64,000 bases of DNA. It comes from Piromyces finnis finn. Lineage: Eukaryota; Fungi; Neocallimastigomycota. Position 1 is the stretch's first letter; each line of letters starts with the position of its first letter. Shown here piece after piece: positions 1 through 12,300 of this stretch. A program made the position numbers and the translations under genes. The stretch spans positions 434,001-498,000 of the forward strand of contig MCFH01000039.1 of NCBI GenBank assembly GCA_002104945.1, given 5' to 3'. The notes beneath the pieces were generated by a model that was not told where the DNA came from, did no database searches, and worked only from the letters and a program-made list of their open reading frames with translations.

Positions 1-2
1 CT

Positions 3-1496
3 TACTTTAATAATAACAATAAGTCCTCGTCCCCACCATGTAAAAACATTGATAAATATTTTATCGATGTTGATGGCTATTTGTTATTTAATAATTTAAT
101 TTATGTTCCACCTAATTTAAGAACTAGAATTTTAGAGTTGCATCATAACTCTATTTCCGCTGGCCATTTTGGTATTAATAAGACTACCGAATTAATTAGC
201 AGAAATTTTTGGTGGCCAAAATATTATGATGATGTTAAAAAGTTTGTTAAGTCCTGTGTAACTTGTTGTAAAGCTAAAGTTCCAAGACATAGACCATATG
301 GGTTGCTATCTCCTCTTCCTACTCCTGATAGAGCTTGGTCTGAATTATCTATGGAATTCATTGTTGAATTACCAAAGTCCAAAGATATGACTACCATTAT
401 GGTCATTGTTGATAGACTAACCAAAATGGCTCATTTTATTCCCTTAAGGTGCCTTCCTACTGCATCTATTGCAGCTGATGTTTTTATCAACAATATCTTT
501 CGGTTACATGGTTTCCCCGAATCAATTGTTTCTGACCGTGGTACTCAGTTTACTTCTGAATTTTGGAATCGTCTGTGTGATTTATTAAATATTAAACTTA
601 AGTTTTCCACTGCTAACCACCCACAGACTGATGGTCAAACGGAGAGAGTGAACGGGATATTGGAACAATATCTCCGTTGTTTTATTAATGAAAAACAAAA
701 TAATTGGGTTGATTTGCTTCCTTTTGCCGAATTTGCCTATAACAACACATTACAGCAATCGATCAATCAATCCCCATTTTATGCAAACTATGGTTTTAAT
801 CCCAAATTTAATATCGATATTCCTTCAGCTAATAAACCAAATAGAGCTGAACAAAGAATTTTAGATATAAATAAAAATATCAAACTTCTAAAGGAAAATC
901 TTGATCATGCAAAAGAAACTTATAAAAAATATGCTGATCAAAGAAGAATTGAATCACCAAAGTTTGAAGTTGGAATGAAAGTTTGGTTATTGAAAGGAAT
1001 AAATCCTTCAGGAAAAAACATTAAAAGAAAACTGTCTGATCAAATGCTAGGACCATTTAAAATTATTAAAAAAGTAAGTCCCCTAGCATTTGAATTGAAA
1101 TTACCACACAATTTGCGTTGTCATCCTGTCTTTCATGTTTCGTTATTAGAACCGTATACTGAAAACAAATTTAAAGGTAGGACAAATAATTATAATAGGA
1201 AAAATATCCAATTAAATATTGATACAAATGAAAAAATTCCAGAAAAAATTATTAAAGAAAGAACTTATAATAAAAAGAAATCATTTCTTGTTACTTATAA
1301 ATATCTTGATTCAAGTGAAAATCGATGGATTCCCGAGGATCAGATTTTAGATAGACAATTGATCCAAGAATTTTACAGAAGAAACAAAAAGCTAAGAAAA
1401 AATAAAGACAACGAATATATGGATAATTTAAACAACGACGGTATGATTCGAACAAAGTATAGACCATTTGTTATAGAAATTCCTTCTAGAAAATGA
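3..1496 (+). CDS. pol: Ty3/Gypsy (chromovirus) pol C-terminus: integrase + chromodomain, 5'-partial
   Basis: Frame is open from the window start. HHCC zinc motif (HHNSISAGHFG...CVTC), IVDRLTK, IVSDRGTQF, HPQTDGQTERVN, GPF motif, C-terminal chromodomain-like segment (FLVTYKYLDSSENRWIPE). First catalytic Asp reads Glu (SMEF). Confidence 0.93.
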   Translation, partial: YFNNNNKSSSPPCKNIDKYFIDVDGYLLFNNLIYVPPNLRTRILELHHNSISAGHFGINKTTELISRNFWWPKYYDDVKKFVKSCVTCCKAKVPRHRPYGLLSPLPTPDRAWSELSMEFIVELPKSKDMTTIMVIVDRLTKMAHFIPLRCLPTASIAADVFINNIFRLHGFPESIVSDRGTQFTSEFWNRLCDLLNIKLKFSTANHPQTDGQTERVNGILEQYLRCFINEKQNNWVDLLPFAEFAYNNTLQQSINQSPFYANYGFNPKFNIDIPSANKPNRAEQRILDINKNIKLLKENLDHAKETYKKYADQRRIESPKFEVGMKVWLLKGINPSGKNIKRKLSDQMLGPFKIIKKVSPLAFELKLPHNLRCHPVFHVSLLEPYTENKFKGRTNNYNRKNIQLNIDTNEKIPEKIIKERTYNKKKSFLVTYKYLDSSENRWIPEDQILDRQLIQEFYRRNKKLRKNKDNEYMDNLNNDGMIRTKYRPFVIEIPSRK

Positions 1497-1515
1497 TCTC
1501 ACAGGAGCTCGACTT

Positions 1516-1527
1516 AAAGGGTGAGAT
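1516..1527 (+). promoter_or_regulatory. Polypurine tract of the chromovirus
   Basis: AAAGGGTGAGAT lies 20 bp after the pol stop, directly before TGTAAAG. Confidence 0.65.
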
Positions 1528-2277
1528 TGTAAAGATATAATATATATCTTTAGATTATTTAATAATTAACTATTAATTATTAAATAATAAATTAATATTT
1601 ATTAAAATTAACTATGAAATTTTTAATATTCAATGGAATAATTTAATAATAAATTATTTTATAATAATTCCGTCAAAATTAAATAAAGATAAATATTTAA
1701 ATTTAAGGAACAAAAGAATCCTAATTAAATTTAAATATTTCAAATATTTTAAATATTCATAATAACTTTAAATACTTTTTATTTAATTTTAGAATAGTTT
1801 AATAATAATATACTTTCTTATTTAAATTTAGAATAGTTTAATAATTTTAACTGAGTTTTAAAAATAGATGTGTTTATATTTCAATAGGAAATATATTAAG
1901 AATAGTATTGATAATATTAAATTAATTTATAGATAATACCTGAGCTTTATTCAATTTTGAGTTTACTCAAATTGAATTAAAAGTATAATGAATTAGTTTT
2001 AGTTTAGTTTTATTATTTTATTATTTAATTAGATTAGTTTTGTTTATTTTATATTAAATATATGTTTATTTAAATAGAATAATATATTAGAATATAATTA
2101 TGAAAAAATATAAATACATGTAAATTTTATCAATTGAATCGATGTAATTGTTATTTTATTTCTAACCATTAATAAAGAAGATAATTTTTAAAAAAAGAAA
2201 CTCCTATTTTTATTTTATCGTGTGTTTAATTGTTTTATTGTTAAATATATAATCTGTTTTAAGATTAATATTTTACA
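1528..2277 (+). mobile_element. 3' LTR (family LTR-A), 750 bp
   Basis: TGTAAAGATATA...TATTTTACA, directly after the PPT; homologous to many solo copies in the window. Confidence 0.8.
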
Positions 2278-2400
2278 ATTAAATTATTCCATAAAATTTA
2301 TTCAAAAATTTTATAATCAGTTTTACTAAATATTAATTTATTATTTAATAATTAATAATTAATTATTAAATAATCTAAAGATATATATTATATCTTTACA
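2278..2400 (-). mobile_element. LTR-A remnant (5' end, inverted) that served as target of the chromovirus insertion
   Basis: Nearly matches the last ~120 bp of the 59625-60378 copy; ends ATATCTTTACA; begins with ATTAA (putative TSD). Confidence 0.75.
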
Positions 2401-2787
2401 GTTTAATACAATTAATTTCTTTTAATAAATGTATAAATATAAACAATGTAAAATTATTATATTAAAACATGTATATTAGAATTTATTCAATTTATTTAAA
2501 AAGAATAAATAAAGAAAATTTTTCAACTATTGAAACGATAGTTGGAAAATCGTATAGTATAGTTTATATAGTTTAGTTTAATTTAGTTTTTAATAATAAA
2601 AAATTATTTATTGATTACCTAGTGAGGGCTCTGGTCAAATAACCTTCACGGTAAAGTAATCAACGGTTGTTTTGGTTTAGTTTAATTTAAAATAATTTAA
2701 TAAATAAATAAAATATAAATAAAAATAATTTAAAGTTTAGTTTAGTTAAGTGTATACAAACCTGAACTTAGTTTAGCTTATTTTACA
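2401..2787 (-). mobile_element. LTR-F remnant (inverted)
   Basis: Reverse complement matches ~58293-58700 (TTACCTAGTGAGG, AACCTTCACGG, AACTATTGAAAC blocks); ends TTTTACA, followed by AAATC and the last 11 bp of LTR-C (GCTTTTTGACA). Confidence 0.75.
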
Positions 2788-2806
2788 AAATCGCTTTTTG
2801 ACAAAA

Positions 2807-3200
2807 TGATATAATTTGATAATAATCTTAATTTTGAATTTTACTTTAAAAGAGATTATTATATTATATCTTTAGTTATAACTGTATAAGTTATATTATT
2901 TAAGACTTAAAATTGTTTTTATAAATATTAATAAAATTGTTTTATTAGAAACACTCGGTTTTCTAATATTTAATTATTTAAAATTTTATTTATTTAATTA
3001 TGAAAGTGATTATTAAAATTATAAAAATATTACCTAAACTATATAATATTTCTTTATTAATAATAATAATAACGATTAAAATGAGAATATTTACATGTAT
3101 TTATATTTTCTTTTAAATTTAAACTTTTTACATTAAAAAAATAACAATAAAAGAAATGATTAAAAGTTAAAGAATATAAAAAGTTGTTTATTTTACAATT
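2807..3200 (+). repeat. AT-rich dispersed repeat, LTR-like family G
   Basis: Starts TGATATAATT; homologous to 15185-15560 and, inverted, to 13141-13336; 3' end not defined. Confidence 0.5.
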
Positions 3201-4099
3201 AATTAAAGTAATAATTATTTTTAATATTTTAATAAAAGTGTTTAATTATATTATTTTATAACATGAATTATTATATTTGTTTACTTTTAAAGTGTAATTT
3301 ACTAACGAAGTTATTAAACATTTAATTTAACAATTAATTTAACAAAAGTTATATATTTTGATCTCGATTAATTAAAGTTTATTATTTTCTTTCAATAATT
3401 AAAATATATGCAGTGCTTAGGATTAATTTTATTTTAGAATATTAGTAAAGTAATTAATCAAACTATAACTTATTTTAAGTTACTTTTAGGGTTAACTTAG
3501 AAATCAGGTTTAATAATAATTTTATATTTATTAATTTCATTATTTATTAAAATGATACGTTATAAAATAAAATATCATAATATTATTATTTATTTTGAAG
3601 TTGCGGTAATAAGGAATATTGCTGAAATAATATATTCCAGTTATTATGTACTTATTTATTATTATTTATTATTATTATTATTATAAACAAAATAAGCCTT
3701 TTATTATTATTAAATATTTATCTTTATTAAAATATATTATAATTAGTATTTATACAATTATTTATTATTAATAATACATATTTAAAATAACTATCTTTCC
3801 TATATAAATATACTACTTATTCACTATTAATATTACTAAACTATTACTAAATTTCTCATTTTATTATATCTTATTATCTTTGGAACTTAATTACAAAATC
3901 AAGAACATCATTTTAATTATTTAATTATTAATTATATTTATATTAGTACATATTAATTATTTTTTTATTAATTAACTTTATATTAATTAATTTCATTATT
4001 AATTAAAATTATTATTAATTTTTTATTATCTTAACCCTTATATAAATTAACCTGGAATTTCTACCAAAAGTAATATTTTTTGTTCGTCACGTATCAAAA

Positions 4100-4144
4100 T
4101 GTAAGAAGTTATTTATAAATAAATTATAAATAACTTCTTCTACA
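4100..4144. repeat. Inverted repeat, 15-bp stem
   Basis: TGT AAGAAGTTATTTATA AATAAAT TATAAATAACTTCTT CTACA. Confidence 0.8.
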
Positions 4145-4429
4145 AATTAATAATAATTAAATAATTAACTATTACTAACTTGAAAAAGAAAATAAAAACA
4201 TTAATTTCGAGTTTATTATATAAAAATACTAATAAACAAAAATATTAAATATTAACACTTAAATATAAAAACACATGTTAGATAAACATTACATTTAAAA
4301 TAATTAATACTTTATTTATTAATAAATTTATATAAAAATAACTCTTGATTTCTCAAAAGAGAATCAAGATTATTCTTTTATATTAATTTAATACATTATA
4401 CATGGATTGGTTAAAATGATACAACTAAA

Positions 4430-4505
4430 TTAATGTAATAAAATAATGTATTAAATAATGCATTAAATAATGTATTAAATAGTGTATTAAATTAATGTAT
4501 TAAAT
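4430..4505. repeat. 12-bp minisatellite (AATAATGTATTA) x5-6
   Basis: Visible tandem units with single substitutions. Confidence 0.8.
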
Positions 4506-6374
4506 AATAAATAATAATAAATATTATAATAAATATTAATTAATATGTAAAGTGGGCTAGGGTTGGTATGTAACTTGGTCAGAATGTTTTGATATAATAC
4601 AACTTAACCTAGAATAAAATATTAAACTTGTTTATTATTAAACCTTTTCTTTAAAACTTATTAAAGAATTTTAAATAATATTTATTAAGTTATATTATAG
4701 ATTATAGTTAATAATTAATTAATAATCTTACAAAGAATTTCAAAAATGATTTTAATTCTTCGTTTAAATTCTTTTTCTTACAATTAATAAAATTACATTG
4801 ATATTAATATTGATATTAAAAATAAAGATAAAAATAAAATAATTTTAAATTAAAATATTAATAATTGATATTGATATTAATAATATGAATTCATATGATA
4901 GATCTTAAGATTAATCTTTTAAATTACTTTTAAAATAAAAGTATTGTTTTAACTTTTTTAAATTGTAAATATTTAATATTATAAATTGAGAATAACAATT
5001 GCTGATACTAATTATATATTCTCATGATTAATTAATTAATAATTATAATTAATAATTTTTGATCCAAAGGCATTTTGGTTTGATTATGATTGAGGTTATT
5101 AATCAAAAATTATTTGAAAAATTATTAATTAATTTTTATAATTGATTAGGTTTGAAATCAAGAATACTTATTATCTAACTTTAATTAATAATAATGGAGA
5201 ATTTTTAAATTAAATTAATTATAGAAAGTTGGATGACTTGAATAATGACTTTAATTATATAAATTAATATTGATCATTTTAATATATATTATTATATATT
5301 AATTGAAACTAATTAAATCTTTAAATAGCTATATCTCAAGAACTAGTGGTCTAAATTAGCTGAAAATCTGTGAGAATATAGATCTCAATTAGTACTTTCT
5401 AATAAAGTTGATTTGAATTCTCTAGAAATGGAAAATAGGACGCGAGATTCAGAAGTTATCATTAGTTTCGTATAATGCATTTTTTTCTCAAGGGTTAATT
5501 TATTGAAAATTAAATTTTTGTGATCCTTAACCCTTTTCAATATTAAATTTTTTCAAAGTGATCTTTTAATTATTTTTAAAAGTGTTATATAATTTTTAAA
5601 ATATAAATTTGATTTTTAAATTGTTTATTTGAATATTTAATTTATTTTTTAATCGTCTTCTATTCTTGACATAATAAGAAAATAGATAAATTATATAGAA
5701 TTTATCTATGTTTCTTACACAAAAAATGATAATGGATTGGTAGTTATATTACAACTTTTTAACTGCTTCTGTTATCTTATATTGTTTTATCTCGACAGTT
5801 ATTGTACGAGCTTTAACAATATCTACTAGTTTTATTTAATAGATTTAATTTGTTTTATAATTTTAATAGTTTTATTATTTTAATAATATTTATATAGAAT
5901 AATAACACCAGATTTATTCTATAAAATATTATTTATTATTAACACAATAATTACAAATTAGACAAGTTTAATTTCGTTTTTATATTTTCTTTTATTTATT
6001 GTTCTTACACTCTTTTTAATAATAATTTTTATTATATAAAAACTTATTTTTGTCTTTTAAATATTATTATGTATTATTTAATTAACTATATTAACTATTA
6101 TTAAAATTTAACTTATTACTTATTATTAATAATCTAAGTCTTTCTATTTTCTACTAAAAAATATTATTATTCTTTATATTAAAAATTATTTTTATGATTT
6201 AACCCAATCAAATATATAAATTTATAAAATATTTGATTTTATGTAAATTATATTTTTATAATAAACTATATAAAATTATTTAATAATTATTTTTATAATA
6301 AAATATTCTACTAATATCCAATTTATAATATATTTATAATTATTATTTATCAAAAATTGATATAATAGAATATA

Positions 6375-6810
6375 ATATTATCTTAATTCTATATTTTACT
6401 ATAGAAAGTGATAATATTTGTATCTAAAAAAAAATAAGAAAATAAAATAAATGATTTTTATACTTGTTCATTTGCAAGTATTAGTTAATTTTTAAAAATA
6501 TAAAGTTTATTATATTTAATTATAAAATTATAATATTATTTAATGACTCTCGTATTATTATATAATTAAGAATTAATACATCTTGTATGTATCATAGAAG
6601 TTATATATAAAAAAAAATATTGTTTTATTGAAATAAATATCTAATTTTTCTCTCTTGGATAATTAGTAACCATTTATTAAATTTAATATAATATATCTAA
6701 TTTTACTGGATTATTAGGAACAATTTTAAAAAGAGCATTTTCCTATTACTATTTATACAAAATTATTATTTTAAAGTATAACTATAAACAAATATAAACT
6801 ATTTAATTTA

Positions 6811-6841
<31 letters not shown>

Positions 6842-7770
6842 TTTACATTTAAAATTTTTAGTTTAATAATTTTATACATGTTATTTTAATTTTTATCTGT
6901 ATTTTAATTATTGTTATTATTATTATTTGTTAAATCACGCAGATTCGGGTTAGGTTTGGATTAATTAACTAGGTCGGGAATGGTTATAAACTAATAATAA
7001 TAGAAACTAATTTCCTTAATTATCCGGTTATTGGATAAAATTATATGCAATGGATTTATTAACTAAATTGACACTTTAATTTCAAATTTCATTAAAATAA
7101 AATTAAGTTTAAATCAACTTTTATTTATAAAATTAGTTACAAGGGAAATCTAATGTAATTTATTAATCTTTACTATTATTAATTTATCTAATTAAAATTA
7201 ATAATCTTACTACTGATCAACATTTAACTAAACTACTCTATTTATACTAATTTCTCAAAGTTACAATTTTTACATAATTAATTCACATGGCTATTTTATT
7301 AATATTAATTAATTAATTTTTGTAACTATGATTTTTATAAACTGTCACGAGTAATAATAATTATTAATATAATATTTTATTATTTTAAGTCATGAGTTTA
7401 AATAACTTTTCACAACTTTTATCATCTGATTACTAATTTAGAAATTAATAATTAAATTTATTATTAATAGTAATACTTAAAATTAATAAAAATTTTTCTA
7501 AACTTTTAGGTATTGGTTTAAGTGTGAAATTTTTAATATTTAATTTATATTGAATTCCCTTTAATTGGACATGAGTAACTCAACTTTTTGGAATATTGAT
7601 GATTCAAATGTACCAAAAGATAGCTTAGGCCTTTAGCTTTCTAATGTTCATAATATCATCAAAGTAATTTGATTTTTCTAGTAATTTTCTTGGGTTTCGT
7701 AATTCACACTTTATTTAAGGGTTAGGTGTTTCACATCTATGGGATTATTTAAATCCACTTAGATTCGTGA

Positions 7771-7807
<37 letters not shown>

Positions 7808-7840
7808 TTATAATTTATAAATTTAATTATTTATCAAAAT
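6375..7840 (+). mobile_element. Partial LTR-E copy interrupted by LTR-H
   Basis: 6375-6927 and 7773-7840 align with the 3' half of 35745-36802. Confidence 0.6.
6928..7772. mobile_element. Solo-LTR-like element (LTR-H), 845 bp
   Basis: TGTTAAATC...GATTCGTGACA with TTATT on both sides. The TSD lies in an (ATT)n tract, so it is weak evidence; the 3' end resembles that of LTR-D. Confidence 0.55.
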
Positions 7841-8396
7841 GATGCGTTGACCGATATATTTGTGAATAATATAATGTTTTTAATAAATAATAAATTCTAT
7901 ATTATTATGATGAAACAATAAATTTAAAATAAAATAAAATATGTTTTATAATTAACAAATAAATCACTCAAAACTCGAAAATAAACTCTTATTATGTTTT
8001 AAATTAAATCTTTATTATATTTTATAATTTATTTATTATCTGTTTATGGTCTTTTTATTCTCTATTTATTGTCCGATTTTTATAAAGAAGAATTTTATCT
8101 TCCTTTTATACATTTTCATTTATTACATGTATTATTATTTTTAACTATTAGATATTATTATTACTATTGTTATTATTTATTAAAATTAAAAGAATAAATT
8201 AAAATTATGTCTTAGTATTATAAAATATTATAGAATATTATTTGATTTTCTTAGGGTTATATTTTCATAAAATTATTATTCATTCATTTTTAAAGGTTAT
8301 TTTCATTTATTTTTATTATAAGTTACTATGGGTTAAGTCGTGTTTATTCAGCTAGTTTTTATTATGTTTTTATGGGAGTAGCATATCAAAAATCAT

Positions 8397-8911
8397 TGTC
8401 ACAATAACATATATAAAAATTTAAAAAATTTGGACACATGGAAAAAATTAAAAATTTTTTAAAATTATTAAAATTTTATTATTAAAAATTTTAATTTAAA
8501 TTTATTAACTATTTACAATAATTATATTAATTATTAATTTATAAAAATTAAATATTTTATAATTAGATAATAATTAATTAAAATTAAAAAATGTAATAAT
8601 TAAAATTGTTCATGTATAAAAAGAACAAAAATTGACAAAAATTATGAAGCTTTAGCGTTAGTAATTTTTTAACTTAAAGTTAATAAAATTTATAAACTCC
8701 TATAAAACCTAAAACTTTAAAAATTTTAATATTTTTAATAACTTAATATATGCTGATATTAAGTTATTGCTAAAATAAAAGTATTATTTAATTTTCTTTA
8801 TATAAATATTATTAGCTTTACGCCTTCAATAGGAAAGCGTATTATATTTATTAATTAATATAACTAGTGTGCTTACCACACTTTTCTTTAATAAAAAATC
8901 GCTTTTTGACA
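8397..8911 (+). mobile_element. Solo LTR-C, 515 bp
   Basis: TGTCACAAT...CTTTTTGACA with perfect TSD ATCAT (8392-8396, 8912-8916). Confidence 0.88.
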
Positions 8912-8923
8912 ATCATAGAAATA

Positions 8924-8995
8924 AAGGAGTTGTCATAATGGTTAGTAAATAAGACTTTGGTCTGAATGTCTTAAGTTCGAGATCTCTAAATTTCT
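8924..8995 (+). pseudogene. Degenerate tRNA-Gln(UUG)-like cassette
   Basis: A-box-like TGTCATAATGG (8931), anticodon arm TAAGA-CTTTGG-TCTGA, B-box-like GTTCGAGAT (8975). Acceptor and T stems do not pair. Confidence 0.6.
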
Positions 8996-9339
8996 TTCTT
9001 TTAATTCATTTTATTTAATTTTTATTTTTATTTTTTACCAACATGAAATTTTTTGATTGGTTAATAAATTTGAGTTGTAAAAAATTTTTTAAATTAATTT
9101 TAAAAATTTTAATATAAATATGAGTATATTTTTCCAAATATTTAAAGAAGATTGAGCTTTTATTAATTAATAAATTATTATTAAACACTAACCTATTAAG
9201 TTAAGATTTATATGTTTTTAATAGTAATTTTAAATATTAATAATTAACAGTTAATAAAAGTGTTTTAAATTTACTAAGTTATTTTGGTAAATTATTATAA
9301 ATATCTTTTATTGTTAAGAACAGCTAGTAACAACACTTG

Positions 9340-12300
9340 AGTTTTGGAGGAGGCGCTCAAAGCTATTTTATAAAAATACAAACTATAATTATTTTATAAT
9401 AAATTTTAAATTATTTTTATTTTTGGAATGAAATTCTAATAAAACACTTTTCTTTTCAAGTTTTCTTGAAAATAAGATTTATTGGATAATATTTTGAAAA
9501 TATTATATAATAAATATTGACGCGTCAATAGTTAGACTTTGATACCATAATATTTTTGCGTTTAGGTATAGTTGAAACACGGGGAAACTAATCTGTTCAA
9601 TTCTTTCACACTAACAAGAGTTAGCTATTATAAAGAATTAAACAATATTATTTCTTATTATCGAAAGATATTAACATTCGACTTTACCTACTTTATCGTG
9701 AAAGAGCTAAAGGAACTCTTAGACATTAGTTTATAACAAATTATATATTTGTTGGTCTAACACTATATAATTTGGTATATATTTTTAATTTATTGTTGTA
9801 AATAAATATAATTGAAGAAAACTTTTAATTTTAATAAAACATATTTTTCTAATTTTTTTTCCTTTAAATTCGTTTAATTAAAAAAAATTTTTGGAAGCTT
9901 TGTTTAATTTAATATTGATAATCGAAATATTCTTTTCTTATCAATTTTGAGTTAAACAAATTATATTTCAGCAATAGACAAGCCTTATTGATTTATCAAC
10001 AGAGGTATATTAGGGGTAATAGTAAGAACCTGAAGCGCGTGACGGAACTTAGATCGCGTGAATAAGGCGACGGAAACATCTATTACCGGAGGAAAGACCC
10101 TTAATCAATAATTTATTAAATATAATTTGGTCGGTAACTCGATTTGATTATAACAATATTAAATTTTTTTTCTTTAATTCTAATTCTAATTTATATCAAT
10201 TCAAAAAATAAAAAAATTATAATTCTGAATCATATTTTTAACACAAATCAAATCATAAACAAGTTAAGTAGTAATTTAAGCTTCCTATATTCAACATACA
10301 ATAACAGAAAATCAAATAATCTAAGCTTCCAAATATATAAGCCAAAATGGATGAAATTAACCAGAATATCTTTAATAATGCTGCCTTAAGGGATGGATTT
10401 GCTGGAGATAAAAGATTTCTAAAAGGATTCCTGGCCAAGATAAAATTAATGTTTCTTCTTTACCCTGAGAGATACCAGAACGACGAAACAAAAATTTTAT
10501 ACATTATCTCTCGTTTGTATGGAAATACCTTGAACTGGGCAGCTACTTTAATTGAAAACCATGATCAACGCCTCCTAAACTATGATGATTTTGTTAGCAG
10601 ACTAAAAACCTTCTATGGGAACAACGATGAAGTTTCTTTGCTAACCAAATGCTTAAAGGATTAAACAGAAGAATATCGGCCGTGCTAACGACTACATTAT
10701 GGAATTTAACAAATATTCAGATGTTCCCTCTTGGAATGAAGAAGCCAAGATAGATGCTTTTATGTCAGGTTTGATTGATCAAGTTGCTTTACGTATCAAT
10801 TGGCCAACTTCCAAATCTGTTAAGGATGTTCAGTCTTTCATTGGCCTAGCCAATTATCGTCGTTTCATTCCGGGGATTCGCCAACATCTCACAACCGCTT
10901 CATAATTTACTCAAAAAGGATGTCAAATTTATATGGTTTCCTATTGAACAATCGGCCTTCGATATTCTCAAAGCTAGATTTACATCGTCTCCTGTTTTAA
11001 TCCATCCCAATAGAAATCTTCCGTTTATTGTTGAAACCGATTCAAGTAACTTTGCTATTGGTGATGTTCTCTCACAAAAGTCTCCTGATGATAATTCTAT
11101 ACACCCTGTTGTTTCTTTTCAAGGTCCCTTTCATCTGCTGAATGAAACTACCCAATATATGATAAGGAACTACTTGCAATTATTGCTGCTCTTGAAACCT
11201 GGAGACATCTTCTTAAAGGTTCTGATATTCCTTTTACTATTTATTCTGATCATAGGAATTTACTTTATCAGAAAAAGCCTGAAAAGATGACCCAAAGACT
11301 AGTTCGTTGGTCTTTATTTCTTGCTGAATTCAATTTTAAAATACTATATCGCTCTGGCTCTTCTAATGGAAAACCTGACGCCCTTTCTCGAAGACCTGAT
11401 TACATTGATTCTTCTGAACCTTCTGAAGATATTCCTTTTTCGGTCCTTCGTCCTGAAAATTTTTGTGGTATTGTTTCTTCAGTTTCTTCTTTAAATGACC
11501 GTATCCTCTCGGAATACAAAAATGATATATTCTATAAGGATGTTTGTAATTTCTTTGATAACAATAAACTTCCGTGTCCACACCCTCAAATCTCCAAGTT
11601 TTCACTTAGTAACAGCTTTCTTCTCTTTAACTCTAGAATATATGTACCTCCTAAATGTCGTTCTGCTGTTCTTAAGCTATGTCATGATTCCCCATCGTCC
11701 GAACATTTTGGTTATAAGAAAACTTCTTCACTTATTTCTCACGACTTTTGGTGGACTTCATTTAACTCCGATGTCAAGGAATATGTCGCTCTTGTGACAC
11801 ATGCTGCTACTTCAAATCTTCCCATTATAAACCTTATGGTTTCCTGAATTCTCTCGAAATTGCTGAACACCCCTGTGTAAAAGTATTAAATTTAAAACAG
11901 ATTTTATACTTAAAACAAAACAATTTTCATTAACATAAAAATAAAAAAATAAAGCATTTTATTAATTAACTCTTAAAAATATTATTAACTATTATATAGT
12001 TAATAATATTAAAAAATTGAAATATCCATTACATATATATTTATATTTTTTTATAATTATATTCTAATATATTATTCTATTTATATAAACATATATTTAA
12101 TATAAAATAAACAAAACTAATCTAATTAAATAATAAAATAATAAAACTAAACTAAAACTAATTATTGGAATATAAACAAATCTATTTTTAAAACATAAGT
12201 CAAAATTATTAAACTATTCTAAATTTATATAAAAAAGTATATTATTATAAACTATTCTAAAATTAAATAAAAAGTATTTAAAAATATTATGAATATTTAA

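Larger units (their letters stand above)
8384..9330 (+). mobile_element. LTR-T copy 1 (tRNA-like LTR), interrupted by LTR-C; possibly the 5' LTR of the downstream Gypsy
   Basis: 8917-9320 aligns with 36808-37224 (roughly 75-85% by eye). Start TATCAAAAATCATAGAAATA aligns with TGTAACGAATGCTAGAAATA. No TSD at the 3' end; followed by the Gypsy leader. Confidence 0.6.

Noticed and set aside
1528-2400. MITE with ~120-bp terminal inverted repeats
   Set aside because: Better explained as a 3' LTR (after a PPT, ending at 2277) inserted into an antisense LTR-A remnant; flanks GAGAT/GTTTA are not a TSD.
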